This document shows, piece after piece, positions 19,118-28,807 of a stretch of 64,000 bases of DNA (the first letter of the stretch is position 1; every line of letters starts with the position of its first letter). A model generated the notes under the pieces. That model was not told the origin of the DNA. It saw only the letters and a program-made list of their open reading frames with translations, and made no database searches. This stretch comes from an uncultured Eubacterium sp. (lineage in GTDB: Bacteria; Bacillota; Clostridia; Oscillospirales; Acutalibacteraceae). The DNA lies in assembly GCF_934525195.1 (NCBI RefSeq), contig NZ_CAKSZA010000001.1, positions 64,952 through 128,951 of the forward strand, read 5' to 3'. The translations under genes and the position numbers were made by a program.

Positions 19118-19182
19118 AGCAATGTACCACCATAATTGAATTTATACTCTTTTACTATACCATTATTTTAACATTCCGTCAA

Positions 19183-19213
19183 TAAAAAACTCCCTTGGGC
19201 GAACCCAAGAGAG
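19183..19213 (-). terminator. Rho-independent terminator of groESL
   Basis: ctctcttggg/cccaagggag stem followed by T6 on the minus strand. Confidence 0.75.
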
Positions 19214-19251
19214 TCTTTGAAATACATTTGGAGATTATCGGAACACACCGA

Positions 19252-21184
<1,933 letters not shown>

Positions 21185-21220
21185 AATATATCACCTCATT
21201 AAAAATTTACCATTTATGTG

Positions 21221-21247
21221 TTAGCACTCTTTATCCCTGAGTGCTAA
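21221..21247. promoter_or_regulatory. CIRCE operator (HrcA binding site)
   Basis: TTAGCACTC-N9-GAGTGCTAA is a perfect match to the CIRCE consensus, lying between the promoter and groES. Confidence 0.95.
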
Positions 21248-21252
21248 TATAT

Positions 21253-21280
21253 ATTTTAGCAACTTTTTCAAAAATGTCAA
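21253..21280 (-). promoter_or_regulatory. Sigma-A promoter of groESL
   Basis: On the minus strand, TTGACA (21275-21280), a 16-nt spacer, then TAAAAT (21253-21258), directly upstream of CIRCE. Confidence 0.7.
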
Positions 21281-21416
21281 TAGGGTTCATAAATTATTTA
21301 AAAAATATATGATGTTTAGTGAATATTATACTTCAAACAGAAATAAAAAACAGGCGAAAATCGTCACGCCCAAACAAAATGACTTCCCTTGATAACAAGA
21401 GAAGTCGGAATAAATA

Positions 21417-22532
21417 TTATTTAAAATACATATAATATTGGCACTTAATCATACCGTTATAAAGTTTACGACGTTTATCGGCTTTTCTGCCGAAACACTT
21501 TTCAAACTCTTCATCAGGAGAAATGATGCCATAACTCCAACCGTGTCTGCGAACAAATTTGTCACCCATAACACGATATAGTTTTTCGGCAGTGCGAATA
21601 TCAAGCATTCTTTCGCCATAAGGCGGATTTGTGATGAGAGTACCCTTTTCGGTTGTCGGATTGAACTTTGCAACATCGCAAACAGAAGTGCGAATAAACT
21701 TGTCAACCTTAATATTTCTTGCATTTTTTTCAGTCAATTCGATTGCGTGAGGGTCGATATCCGAACCAAAAGCAACAAAATCGGTGTCGGTCTTGATTAA
21801 ATCGTGACAACGTTCACGCTCGCTCATCCAAACAGATTCGGGAACAAAACCCCAACGGTCAACATCAAAATTGCGATTGATGCCCGGTGCAATATTGTTT
21901 GCAAGCATTGCGCCCTCTATAAGAATAGTTCCACTTCCGCAACAAGGGTCGTACATTGTGTGATAGTGACGAAGTTGAGAAAGTCGGCACATAGCAGCGG
22001 CAAGAGTTTCTCTGATAGGAGCATCATTGCCTACAGGACGGTAGCCTCTTTTGTGAAGTCCTCTGCCTGAAGTATCAAGCATAATTGTAACTTCATCCTT
22101 CATAATTGAGAACTGCACCTGATGGACAGGACCGCTTTCCTCAAACCAATTAATGTGATAATCTTCCTTAAGCGATTCTACAATTGCTTTTTTAATTATC
22201 TTTTGGCAATCAGGAACAGAATGAAGCGCGGAATTTATTGAAAAACCCTTTACAGGAAATTCATCGGCTGAACCGATAAATTCACTCCACGGCAAAGCTT
22301 TTACCGCTTGGAAAAGTTCCTCAAATGTCACAGCGTTGAATCTATCCAACACAATAAGAATACGTTCGGCATACCTTGACCAAATATTTGCACGCGCAAG
22401 TATTGTTTCGTCGCCGTCAAAAAACACTCTGCCGTTTTCTGCACAGACATTCTGCGCATCCATAGCTTTTAAATCATCCGCTACGATGCCCTCTATACCC
22501 AAGAGGCAGGTAGCAACCATTTTCATCATCAT
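21417..22532 (-). CDS. THUMP-domain class I SAM-dependent RNA methyltransferase (RlmL/YpsC-like)
   Basis: THUMP-like N-terminal region, DPCCGSGT SAM-binding motif, NPPYGERM catalytic motif. Confidence 0.85.
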   Translation of the reverse strand: MMMKMVATCLLGIEGIVADDLKAMDAQNVCAENGRVFFDGDETILARANIWSRYAERILIVLDRFNAVTFEELFQAVKALPWSEFIGSADEFPVKGFSINSALHSVPDCQKIIKKAIVESLKEDYHINWFEESGPVHQVQFSIMKDEVTIMLDTSGRGLHKRGYRPVGNDAPIRETLAAAMCRLSQLRHYHTMYDPCCGSGTILIEGAMLANNIAPGINRNFDVDRWGFVPESVWMSERERCHDLIKTDTDFVAFGSDIDPHAIELTEKNARNIKVDKFIRTSVCDVAKFNPTTEKGTLITNPPYGERMLDIRTAEKLYRVMGDKFVRRHGWSYGIISPDEEFEKCFGRKADKRRKLYNGMIKCQYYMYFK

Positions 22533-22552
22533 ATTTTACACCTACATAAAAA

Positions 22553-22582
22553 TTGGGTGGTTGTTGTGCCACCCAAATAGTT
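22553..22582 (-). terminator. Rho-independent terminator after divIC
   Basis: tgggtgg/ccaccca stem followed by a T-run on the minus strand. Confidence 0.6.
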
Positions 22583-22891
22583 TTATTTGCTTGAAGAGAT
22601 GTCGTAATAAACAACTTCTCCGTCTTTCACATAGCCTTTTTCACGAGCTTTTTGTTCGATATATTCATCCTTATTGTCTGAATTGAGGATTGACTTAACC
22701 TTTTTGTTTTCGTCAAGCTGTTGTTCATACTTAGCATTAAGTTCCTGCGATTCAATTTTAAGTCTGCTGATATCGGCAGCATTTGAAATTAAGCAAAACG
22801 AGCAGTATCCGACCAACGCCACAATAACCGCGATAACAAAACCGATAATTACATTTTTCTTGTTTTTAACCTTATTGCTTTTAGTTTTCAT
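22583..22891 (-). CDS. divIC: Septum formation initiator (FtsB/DivIC family)
   Basis: 102 aa, one N-terminal TM segment followed by a coiled coil. The yabP-yabQ-divIC order matches Bacillus. Confidence 0.75.
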   Translation of the reverse strand: MKTKSNKVKNKKNVIIGFVIAVIVALVGYCSFCLISNAADISRLKIESQELNAKYEQQLDENKKVKSILNSDNKDEYIEQKAREKGYVKDGEVVYYDISSSK

Positions 22892-22958
22892 AGCGGACTC
22901 CCCTCGTTTATTTACCCTTATATTATATTATAACCGCACAAGTAATTGCAATAGTTTT

Positions 22959-23288
22959 TTAAAACTTTTTTAACCTTTTTGTAAATCTTCTGCGTTTTAC
23001 AGAAAGTTTGTTTACAAGCTTTTGATTTATTTTTGAAAAAATTCTGTGTATAGTTTGACGATACAAAACAAAGCCGGTTAAAGTGAACAACAAATGGTAA
23101 TATCTAAAGCCGTCCGTTCCAAATCCTACAACAAAACAAAAGAACGCCACGCCGAATGACAAAAGCATAACAACATCAACAAAAAAGGCAATTACCTTAG
23201 GCAACAATACATCTTCAATCAAAGTAACAAACGAATAAACAAATGCAAAAACCGAACCGAGAGCGACAAACGAAAACAACATCATCAC
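22959..23288 (-). CDS. yabQ: Spore cortex biosynthesis protein YabQ
   Basis: 109-aa small polytopic membrane protein; overlaps the yabP stop. Confidence 0.7.
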   Translation of the reverse strand: MMMLFSFVALGSVFAFVYSFVTLIEDVLLPKVIAFFVDVVMLLSFGVAFFCFVVGFGTDGFRYYHLLFTLTGFVLYRQTIHRIFSKINQKLVNKLSVKRRRFTKRLKKF

Positions 23289-23557
23289 GAAAAAAGCCGC
23301 CTGAACGTGCTTTTTTTGACTCCGTCATTAACATAAACAAGGGCGGTTATTTTGCCGTTTACCTTTAAGCAACCGCTTGTTAAATCGAGTTCTTCAATGT
23401 GCAAGCCCTCGCCTTTGATAGTTAAAGCACCGTAATCGGTTTTTGCGTGTATTTCTTCTTCATTGAACGCATCAACATCCGTCACGCCGTCAAGAGTGGC
23501 AAATTCTCGATTTTTCACAGTAAAAGAATGTTCTTTTTTATTTTCAAATTCATTCAT
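23285..23557 (-). CDS. yabP: Sporulation protein YabP
   Basis: 90 aa; the pattern ...TLDGVTDVDAFNEEEI...LTIKGEGLHIEELD... is typical of YabP. Confidence 0.8.
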   Translation of the reverse strand: MNEFENKKEHSFTVKNREFATLDGVTDVDAFNEEEIHAKTDYGALTIKGEGLHIEELDLTSGCLKVNGKITALVYVNDGVKKSTFRRLFS

Positions 23558-23608
23558 ACTAATCCCTCAAAGGAATATATGAAAAAATGCCCTGAAATAT
23601 TCAGAGCA

Positions 23609-24121
23609 TTAAACATTCTTTTTAATTTTTGAAATTCGGTCAACAACCAATTTTGAAGCGTAGCCCATAACAAGACCGGTCACCATACCCGAAACAAGGA
23701 GAACCGGCAAATAATAAGCAATTCTGACCGTACTTGTAAGAACAACCGCTACAATCAACTGTCCGATATTGTGCATTATACCGCCGAGCATACTCACACC
23801 GACAATAGAAAGCTTGGTGTTTTTGAGCAAAGTCATAATGAGCCAACTCAAAAAGCAACCGACAAGGCTATATGCAATAGTCATCGGATTGCCAAACAGC
23901 AGACCCGACAAAAGCACACGAAGCACGCCTATAATAATTGCATCAACAGGCTTCATCATATAGAGTGCAAACACAACAACGATATTTGCAAAGCCGAGTT
24001 TTACACCCGGAATCGGGATGAGCAAATTAATCGGAATAAACGATTCAAGATAGCTGAACACAAGTGCAAGCGCTATCATCATACCGTAGAACGCAATATT
24101 TTTTAATTTAGATTTTTTCAT
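23609..24121 (-). CDS. Gx transporter family membrane protein (Hpt_synt_1-like)
   Basis: About 170 aa, 5 TM segments. The start is taken at the ATG at 24121 (MKKSKLKNIAFYGMMIALALV). This family characteristically pairs with a NusG_II protein. Confidence 0.7.
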   Translation of the reverse strand: MKKSKLKNIAFYGMMIALALVFSYLESFIPINLLIPIPGVKLGFANIVVVFALYMMKPVDAIIIGVLRVLLSGLLFGNPMTIAYSLVGCFLSWLIMTLLKNTKLSIVGVSMLGGIMHNIGQLIVAVVLTSTVRIAYYLPVLLVSGMVTGLVMGYASKLVVDRISKIKKNV

Positions 24122-24133
24122 ACAAAATACCAA

Positions 24134-24502
24134 CTATGCCACGGCATCAATCTCATCATCCGCCGATTTTTCATCAGTCACGGTGACAACAAATTTATGA
24201 GGCAGGCAAATAATCGACTCACCCGACCGATTGACAGATTTGTGATTGACGCAAACACCGTCGGGACAATTTGCCTGAGTCACCTTTGCTTTGCCGTCTT
24301 TAATGACAAGAGTGTTTGTATCGCCGTCAAAATCATACTGCTTTTCAAAATCTTCATCAAGTTTTAAGGTGTCAACGACTTTTCCGTCAACCTCAACCTG
24401 AACGAATTTGCCGCTGTCGCCATTGACAAAATAAAGATAAAAGCAAAGCACACCTGCAACTGCAAGCACAACAGCAACTATAATCAAGTCAGCCTTTTTC
24501 AT
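24134..24502 (-). CDS. NusG domain II-containing (DUF1312) membrane-anchored protein
   Basis: N-terminal TM segment, then ...VIKDGKAKVTQANCPDGVCVNH...SGESIICLPHKFVV, the typical CxxxxC...CLP pattern. Confidence 0.75.
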   Translation of the reverse strand: MKKADLIIVAVVLAVAGVLCFYLYFVNGDSGKFVQVEVDGKVVDTLKLDEDFEKQYDFDGDTNTLVIKDGKAKVTQANCPDGVCVNHKSVNRSGESIICLPHKFVVTVTDEKSADDEIDAVA

Positions 24503-25068
24503 TATTTAGCCAAAAATTCGGTTACATATTCTGCTGCGTTATCAACACCGTTGATTACAGCCTCTGATGAAATTGTACTCTTTGCGATTACATCAACCTT
24601 TGAGCCTTTTTCAATGCCGTTTGATGAAACAACAGGTATCTTTTTGCCCTCAAACTGATTTTTGAAATCATCGGTAGCAATACGAACACCGAGGTATTCG
24701 GTTTCTTCCTGTTTGATGATGTCAACCCCGCAAACAACTTTGCCGTCAGCGGTGATTGTTGTTGCCATTTCGATAGGAGATTCAGCGTTGTAACCGACTG
24801 TTGTGCCGTTGATTACATAAGCCACAACTTCGTTTTTATCGTTATACACTTCTTCAACGCCTGTTACGCCGAGTTTGTTATCTTTAACATCAACAGGCAC
24901 AGACTTTGAAATTGTGAAGTTCACATCAACGGTGCCGTTATTTTTCTCATCAACAGCATTTTTGATTGCGATTGAGCCAAATACAACAGCAACGCTGAGT
25001 ACAAGCATAATGACGAAATACACAAGCTGTTTTTTTGATTTTGGATTGTAATGCGCTTTTGATTTCAT
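24502..25068 (-). CDS. Membrane-anchored FMN_bind-like domain protein with a non-canonical attachment motif
   Basis: N-terminal TM segment; C-terminal VDVIAKSTISSEAVINGV aligns with the RnfG-type D..SGAT(I/V)T motif but reads AKST. GGAGG RBS. Confidence 0.7.
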   Translation of the reverse strand: MKSKAHYNPKSKKQLVYFVIMLVLSVAVVFGSIAIKNAVDEKNNGTVDVNFTISKSVPVDVKDNKLGVTGVEEVYNDKNEVVAYVINGTTVGYNAESPIEMATTITADGKVVCGVDIIKQEETEYLGVRIATDDFKNQFEGKKIPVVSSNGIEKGSKVDVIAKSTISSEAVINGVDNAAEYVTEFLAK

Positions 25069-25071
25069 AAT

Positions 25072-26130
25072 TTATTCCTCCGAATTATCTAAAAATTGAT
25101 TAAATCCTTTTGAAAATGTTTTGTTATATTCCTTATCAACCCACACGGCTTCTATTCCGTCAAGGCTGTCAACAAGATTTTTGCCGTCCTCAATAGTCAT
25201 ATTAAACAACGCAGTTGACATTGTATCGCCGAATGACGAATCCTTGCAAATCACCGACACGCTCGCCATATATTCGCTCGGCATAAGTGTTTCGGGGTTG
25301 ATTATATGGCAATATTTTTTGCCGTCAACGGTGTAGTAGCGTTGATAATCACCGCTTGTTACAATGCACTCGTCCGTGATATTGAGTTTTAGCAAGAAAT
25401 CATCCGAAGTAGTATCGGGATTTTCTATGCCGATAGTCCATTTTGTTTTGCCGTCATCGTTTTTATAGCCGAAAGTCGAGACATTTCCGCCGATTGAAAT
25501 AGCGGCGCTTGTCCACAAATTGCTCTTTGCCCAGTCTGAAATCTGTTGAACGGCATAGCCTTTGGCGATAGCACCGACATCGAGTTTCATCTCAGGGTCT
25601 TTAAAATAAACGGTATTATTATTCTTGTCTATAACAAGATTGTTAATATCGGTATGCTTGCTTGCTTCTTTAAGTTTCGACATATCGGGAAGCTTCGCTT
25701 CCTCGGGATTTGCAATGCCGTAATCCCTCTCGTTATGCCACAATTCAAGAACCGTGCCCATACAAATATTCACTTTACCCTGAGTGGTGTTATAAATTTC
25801 TTTGCCGTAATTGAGCATATCAATTATTTTCGCATCAACCTTTACAGGAGCTTTGCCTGCAAGTTTGTTGACATTATAAAGATTTGTTACACCCTCGTAT
25901 TCCTTATAAATATCGAACAGTTCATCATAGGTTTTAAGTTCATCATAAAACCGCTGATAATTGCGGTCGAACACTTCCTGACTGTTGTCATAAGCGATAA
26001 CAGTTGAAGCGGTATCGAAAAGGTCAAGGAACGACGCTTTATATTTTTCCTTTGCTTTGACAGAATTGGAGCAAGAAGCGAAAGCAACAGCAACCGCAAA
26101 AGCCAAAAACAGCGACATTATTTTTTTCAT
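25072..26130 (-). CDS. apbE: FAD:protein FMN transferase (ApbE), lipoprotein
   Basis: Lipobox AFASC, with GAIAKGYA, TSGDYQRY and HIINP blocks. The start at 26130 is chosen for the signal peptide; no clear SD precedes it. Confidence 0.88.
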   Translation of the reverse strand: MKKIMSLFLAFAVAVAFASCSNSVKAKEKYKASFLDLFDTASTVIAYDNSQEVFDRNYQRFYDELKTYDELFDIYKEYEGVTNLYNVNKLAGKAPVKVDAKIIDMLNYGKEIYNTTQGKVNICMGTVLELWHNERDYGIANPEEAKLPDMSKLKEASKHTDINNLVIDKNNNTVYFKDPEMKLDVGAIAKGYAVQQISDWAKSNLWTSAAISIGGNVSTFGYKNDDGKTKWTIGIENPDTTSDDFLLKLNITDECIVTSGDYQRYYTVDGKKYCHIINPETLMPSEYMASVSVICKDSSFGDTMSTALFNMTIEDGKNLVDSLDGIEAVWVDKEYNKTFSKGFNQFLDNSEE

Positions 26131-26258
26131 AAATAATATTATAACAGAAATTCGGCAACAATTCAACCACTATAATATATTTATTATATATAAAACAAAT
26201 AAATATGTTCACAAATATATTCAAAAAAAGGTTTCCAAAAGCAAACGAAAAACTTTAT

Positions 26259-26284
26259 AAAAAAAGTTCCCCAAAAGGGGAACT
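26259..26284 (-). terminator. Rho-independent terminator after the tandem-domain lipoprotein gene
   Basis: gttcccc/ggggaac stem followed by T-rich sequence on the minus strand. Confidence 0.7.
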
Positions 26285-26306
26285 TTAAATTAGCAATTAA
26301 AAGCAA

Positions 26307-27305
26307 TTATGAATTGATTGCCTTTGCAACATTTTCTGCAATGCCGTTGATTGTCATTGTGCAACCGGCCTTGAGGTCTGCGTCAGTTGCTGTCATATCG
26401 TCGCCATAAGAAGCCTTAACTTCGTCAGCTGTCTTGCCAACACACCACTTCTCAAATGCTTCAGCCTGCTCATACCACTCTTTACCGATTGGTGATGCGC
26501 CTCTCATATTGTAATCATCGCCAAGTTCTTTCTTTGACTTGTAAGCTCCTTTTGCGACAGTGAACTTGCCGTCAGCGATTGAGCACTTAGCCTGTGAAGC
26601 ATCGATAACGCAAGATGTTACCTTGCCGTTTGCATCAACAGTTACAATTGCATAGTTTGTGTCGTACTGAAGATTTGTTTCGTTTGACTCATAATACTTT
26701 TCTGTTGTCATAGAAAGCTTGAGTGAATCAGTAGCGCTTGCACCGAGGTCTTTTGCATTTTCCATAGCCTGTGCTGTTACCTGTGCAAAACCGTTTGCAT
26801 ACATTGTGCAACCGGCCTTGAGGTCTGCATCTGATGGATAACCGTCTTCGCCGATACCTGCCTTAACTTCTTCAGCTGTCTTGCCCTTTGCCCATTCTTC
26901 AAATGCAGCAATTTGCTCATACCATTCTTTGCCGATTCCGGAAGCACCCTTCATACCGTAGTCTTCCTTCTTATCACGCTTTGTTCTGAGGTCTGCTACA
27001 TCGCCGTTATCCTTTTTGAGGTCAGGCTTTGTCTGAGCTTCGTCAATTTTTACATCAATAATTTTACCGTCTGCATCAACAAGAACTGCTGCACATACAG
27101 AGTCAATTTCAAGGTTTGTGTCTGACTTATTGTATTCGTCATCCTTAATTTCGCTTGAAATAGCATAGCCTGTCTTTGCAGTTGCTGCTGCATCAGTTTT
27201 TGTGTCGTCTGGTGTTGCTGAATCCTTTGAACCGGAGCAAGCTGCAAAGCCGACTGCCATCAAGCCTGCAAGTCCGACTGCAAGAAATTTTTTCATTTTA
27301 GTCAT
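26307..27305 (-). CDS. Lipoprotein with two tandem FMN_bind-like domains carrying a variant AGCT motif
   Basis: Lipobox GFAAC. Two homologous halves each end in GKEWYEQ...GKTA(E/D)EVKA...DADLKAGCTM. A 27-nt block is identical between the halves. Confidence 0.75.
   Translation of the reverse strand: MTKMKKFLAVGLAGLMAVGFAACSGSKDSATPDDTKTDAAATAKTGYAISSEIKDDEYNKSDTNLEIDSVCAAVLVDADGKIIDVKIDEAQTKPDLKKDNGDVADLRTKRDKKEDYGMKGASGIGKEWYEQIAAFEEWAKGKTAEEVKAGIGEDGYPSDADLKAGCTMYANGFAQVTAQAMENAKDLGASATDSLKLSMTTEKYYESNETNLQYDTNYAIVTVDANGKVTSCVIDASQAKCSIADGKFTVAKGAYKSKKELGDDYNMRGASPIGKEWYEQAEAFEKWCVGKTADEVKASYGDDMTATDADLKAGCTMTINGIAENVAKAINS
26355..26381. repeat. Intragenic 27-nt exact repeat (copy 1) encoding ADLKAGCTM
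   Basis: cattgtgcaaccggccttgaggtctgc is identical at 26802..26828, an offset of 447 nt (149 codons). Confidence 0.9.
26802..26828. repeat. Intragenic 27-nt exact repeat (copy 2) encoding ADLKAGCTM
   Basis: Identical to 26355..26381. Confidence 0.9.
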
Positions 27306-27351
27306 AATAATCCTCTCCTTTAATATTATTGTTTACCAAAATGTTAACATC

Positions 27352-27380
27352 ATTTTAAATCATTGATAAGAGATTGTCAA
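27352..27380 (-). promoter_or_regulatory. Sigma-A promoter of the tandem-domain lipoprotein gene
   Basis: On the minus strand, TTGACA (27375-27380), a 17-nt spacer, then TAAAAT (27352-27357). Confidence 0.65.
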
Positions 27381-27385
27381 TATCT

Positions 27386-27405
27386 TTGTGAAAAATTTAT
27401 CACAA
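27386..27405. promoter_or_regulatory. 20-bp near-palindrome TTGTGAAAAATTTATCACAA (TGTGA-N8-TCACA), a candidate regulator binding site
   Basis: 18 of 20 positions are symmetric. It lies immediately upstream of the -35 element. The arms resemble Rex and CRP/FNR half-sites, but the spacer is 2 nt longer than in those consensi. Confidence 0.35.
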
Positions 27406-27415
27406 TATTTTGACA

Positions 27416-28213
27416 TTAATATTTCTTAATTATCTTTCTTGGACACTTTTCGGCACATTTACCGCAAGAAGTACATTTTTCGTAATCAATCTTTGCGATG
27501 TTATCAACCACTGTGATAGCTCCTGCCTCACAAACCTTTTGGCAAATACCGCAAGCGATACAACCTGCTGTGCAGGCATCTCTTACATCCTTGCCCTTTA
27601 CATGTGAGAAGCACTGAACACGATAATGTGATTCGGCAGGAACAAGCTCGATAAGCTGATGAGGACAAATCTTTACGCACTTGCCACAAGCAATGCAAAG
27701 GCTTTCGTCAACAACGGCTTTCTTGTCGATAATACGAATTGCACCTTCAGGGCAAACTCTTGCGCAAGAGCCAAAGCCGAGGCATCCGTATTTACAAGCA
27801 TACGGGCTTGAACCCGGCATAATTGAAGCTGCCGTACAGCTGTCAATGCCGATATAGTTATAATCAAGAGTTCTCTTGTCGCTGTTACCGTCACACTTTA
27901 CATATGCAACCTTGCGAGTCATTTCGCCAAGTTCCGCACCCATAATTTTTGCAACTTGTTCCGCAACAGGCTTGCCGCCGACAGGACAACCCGAAACCGG
28001 AGCTTCGCCTGAAGCGATAGCGTGAGCAAGAGCATCGCATCCTGCATAACCGCAACCACCGCAGTTACTGCCCGGAAGAACCTCTCTGACCTTTTCTTCT
28101 TTTTCATCTACTTCTACATGAAAAACTTTTTCTGCAATGCCGAGGGCAACGCCGACAATCAAACTGATGAGGCAAACAATACCAACGGCAATTAAAATCT
28201 CTTTAATATCCAT
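27416..28213 (-). CDS. rnfB: Rnf complex subunit B (polyferredoxin)
   Basis: N-terminal TM segment, CGGCGYAGC motif, and several CxxCxxCxxxCP 4Fe-4S motifs. Confidence 0.92.
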   Translation of the reverse strand: MDIKEILIAVGIVCLISLIVGVALGIAEKVFHVEVDEKEEKVREVLPGSNCGGCGYAGCDALAHAIASGEAPVSGCPVGGKPVAEQVAKIMGAELGEMTRKVAYVKCDGNSDKRTLDYNYIGIDSCTAASIMPGSSPYACKYGCLGFGSCARVCPEGAIRIIDKKAVVDESLCIACGKCVKICPHQLIELVPAESHYRVQCFSHVKGKDVRDACTAGCIACGICQKVCEAGAITVVDNIAKIDYEKCTSCGKCAEKCPRKIIKKY

Positions 28214-28228
28214 AAAGCTCCTTTCTGC

Positions 28229-28807
28229 TTAAGCAAAAGCATTGAAGCCGTAGAATGCAATAGACATAAGGCAAGCAGTCATAAGAACCGCAGGTGTGCC
28301 CTTGAAGCATCCCAAGAAATCATTGTTTTCTGTTTTTTCACGAACACTTGCCATAATAACGATGGCAACAGTAAAGCCTAATGCAGTGCCGAAGCCTGTA
28401 ACAACGCTTGTAATTACATCGTTTGACTGCTGAACATTTGTGAGAGCAGTACCCAAAACCGCACAGTTTGTTGTGATAAGAGGAAGGTATACACCAAGGC
28501 TCTTATAAAGTGACGGAACAACCTTTTTGAGGAAAGTCTCAACAAGCTGAACCAAGAATGCGATTACAACGATGAATATAATAGTTTTTAAATACTCTAA
28601 ATGAAGCTTTACAATAACATATTTATAGAGTGCACTTGAAACAAGTGACGAAAGAGTGATAACGAAAATTACCGCTCCGCCCATACCTGCGGCAGTTTTG
28701 GTGGATTTTGAAACACCGAGGAACGGACAAATACCCAAGAACTGACTGAGAACAACATTGTTGATGAGTGCTGTTGTAATCAGAACCAAAAACAACTTTC
28801 CTGCCAT
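28229..28807 (-). CDS. rnfA: Rnf complex subunit A
   Basis: 192 aa, 6 TM segments, LSQFLGICPFLGVS. Confidence 0.92.
   Translation of the reverse strand: MAGKLFLVLITTALINNVVLSQFLGICPFLGVSKSTKTAAGMGGAVIFVITLSSLVSSALYKYVIVKLHLEYLKTIIFIVVIAFLVQLVETFLKKVVPSLYKSLGVYLPLITTNCAVLGTALTNVQQSNDVITSVVTGFGTALGFTVAIVIMASVREKTENNDFLGCFKGTPAVLMTACLMSIAFYGFNAFA

Noticed and set aside
26208-26214. A TTCACAA Rex-like half-site upstream of apbE.
   Set aside because: There is no partner half-site at either N4 or N6 spacing. A single 7-mer in AT-rich DNA is expected by chance.
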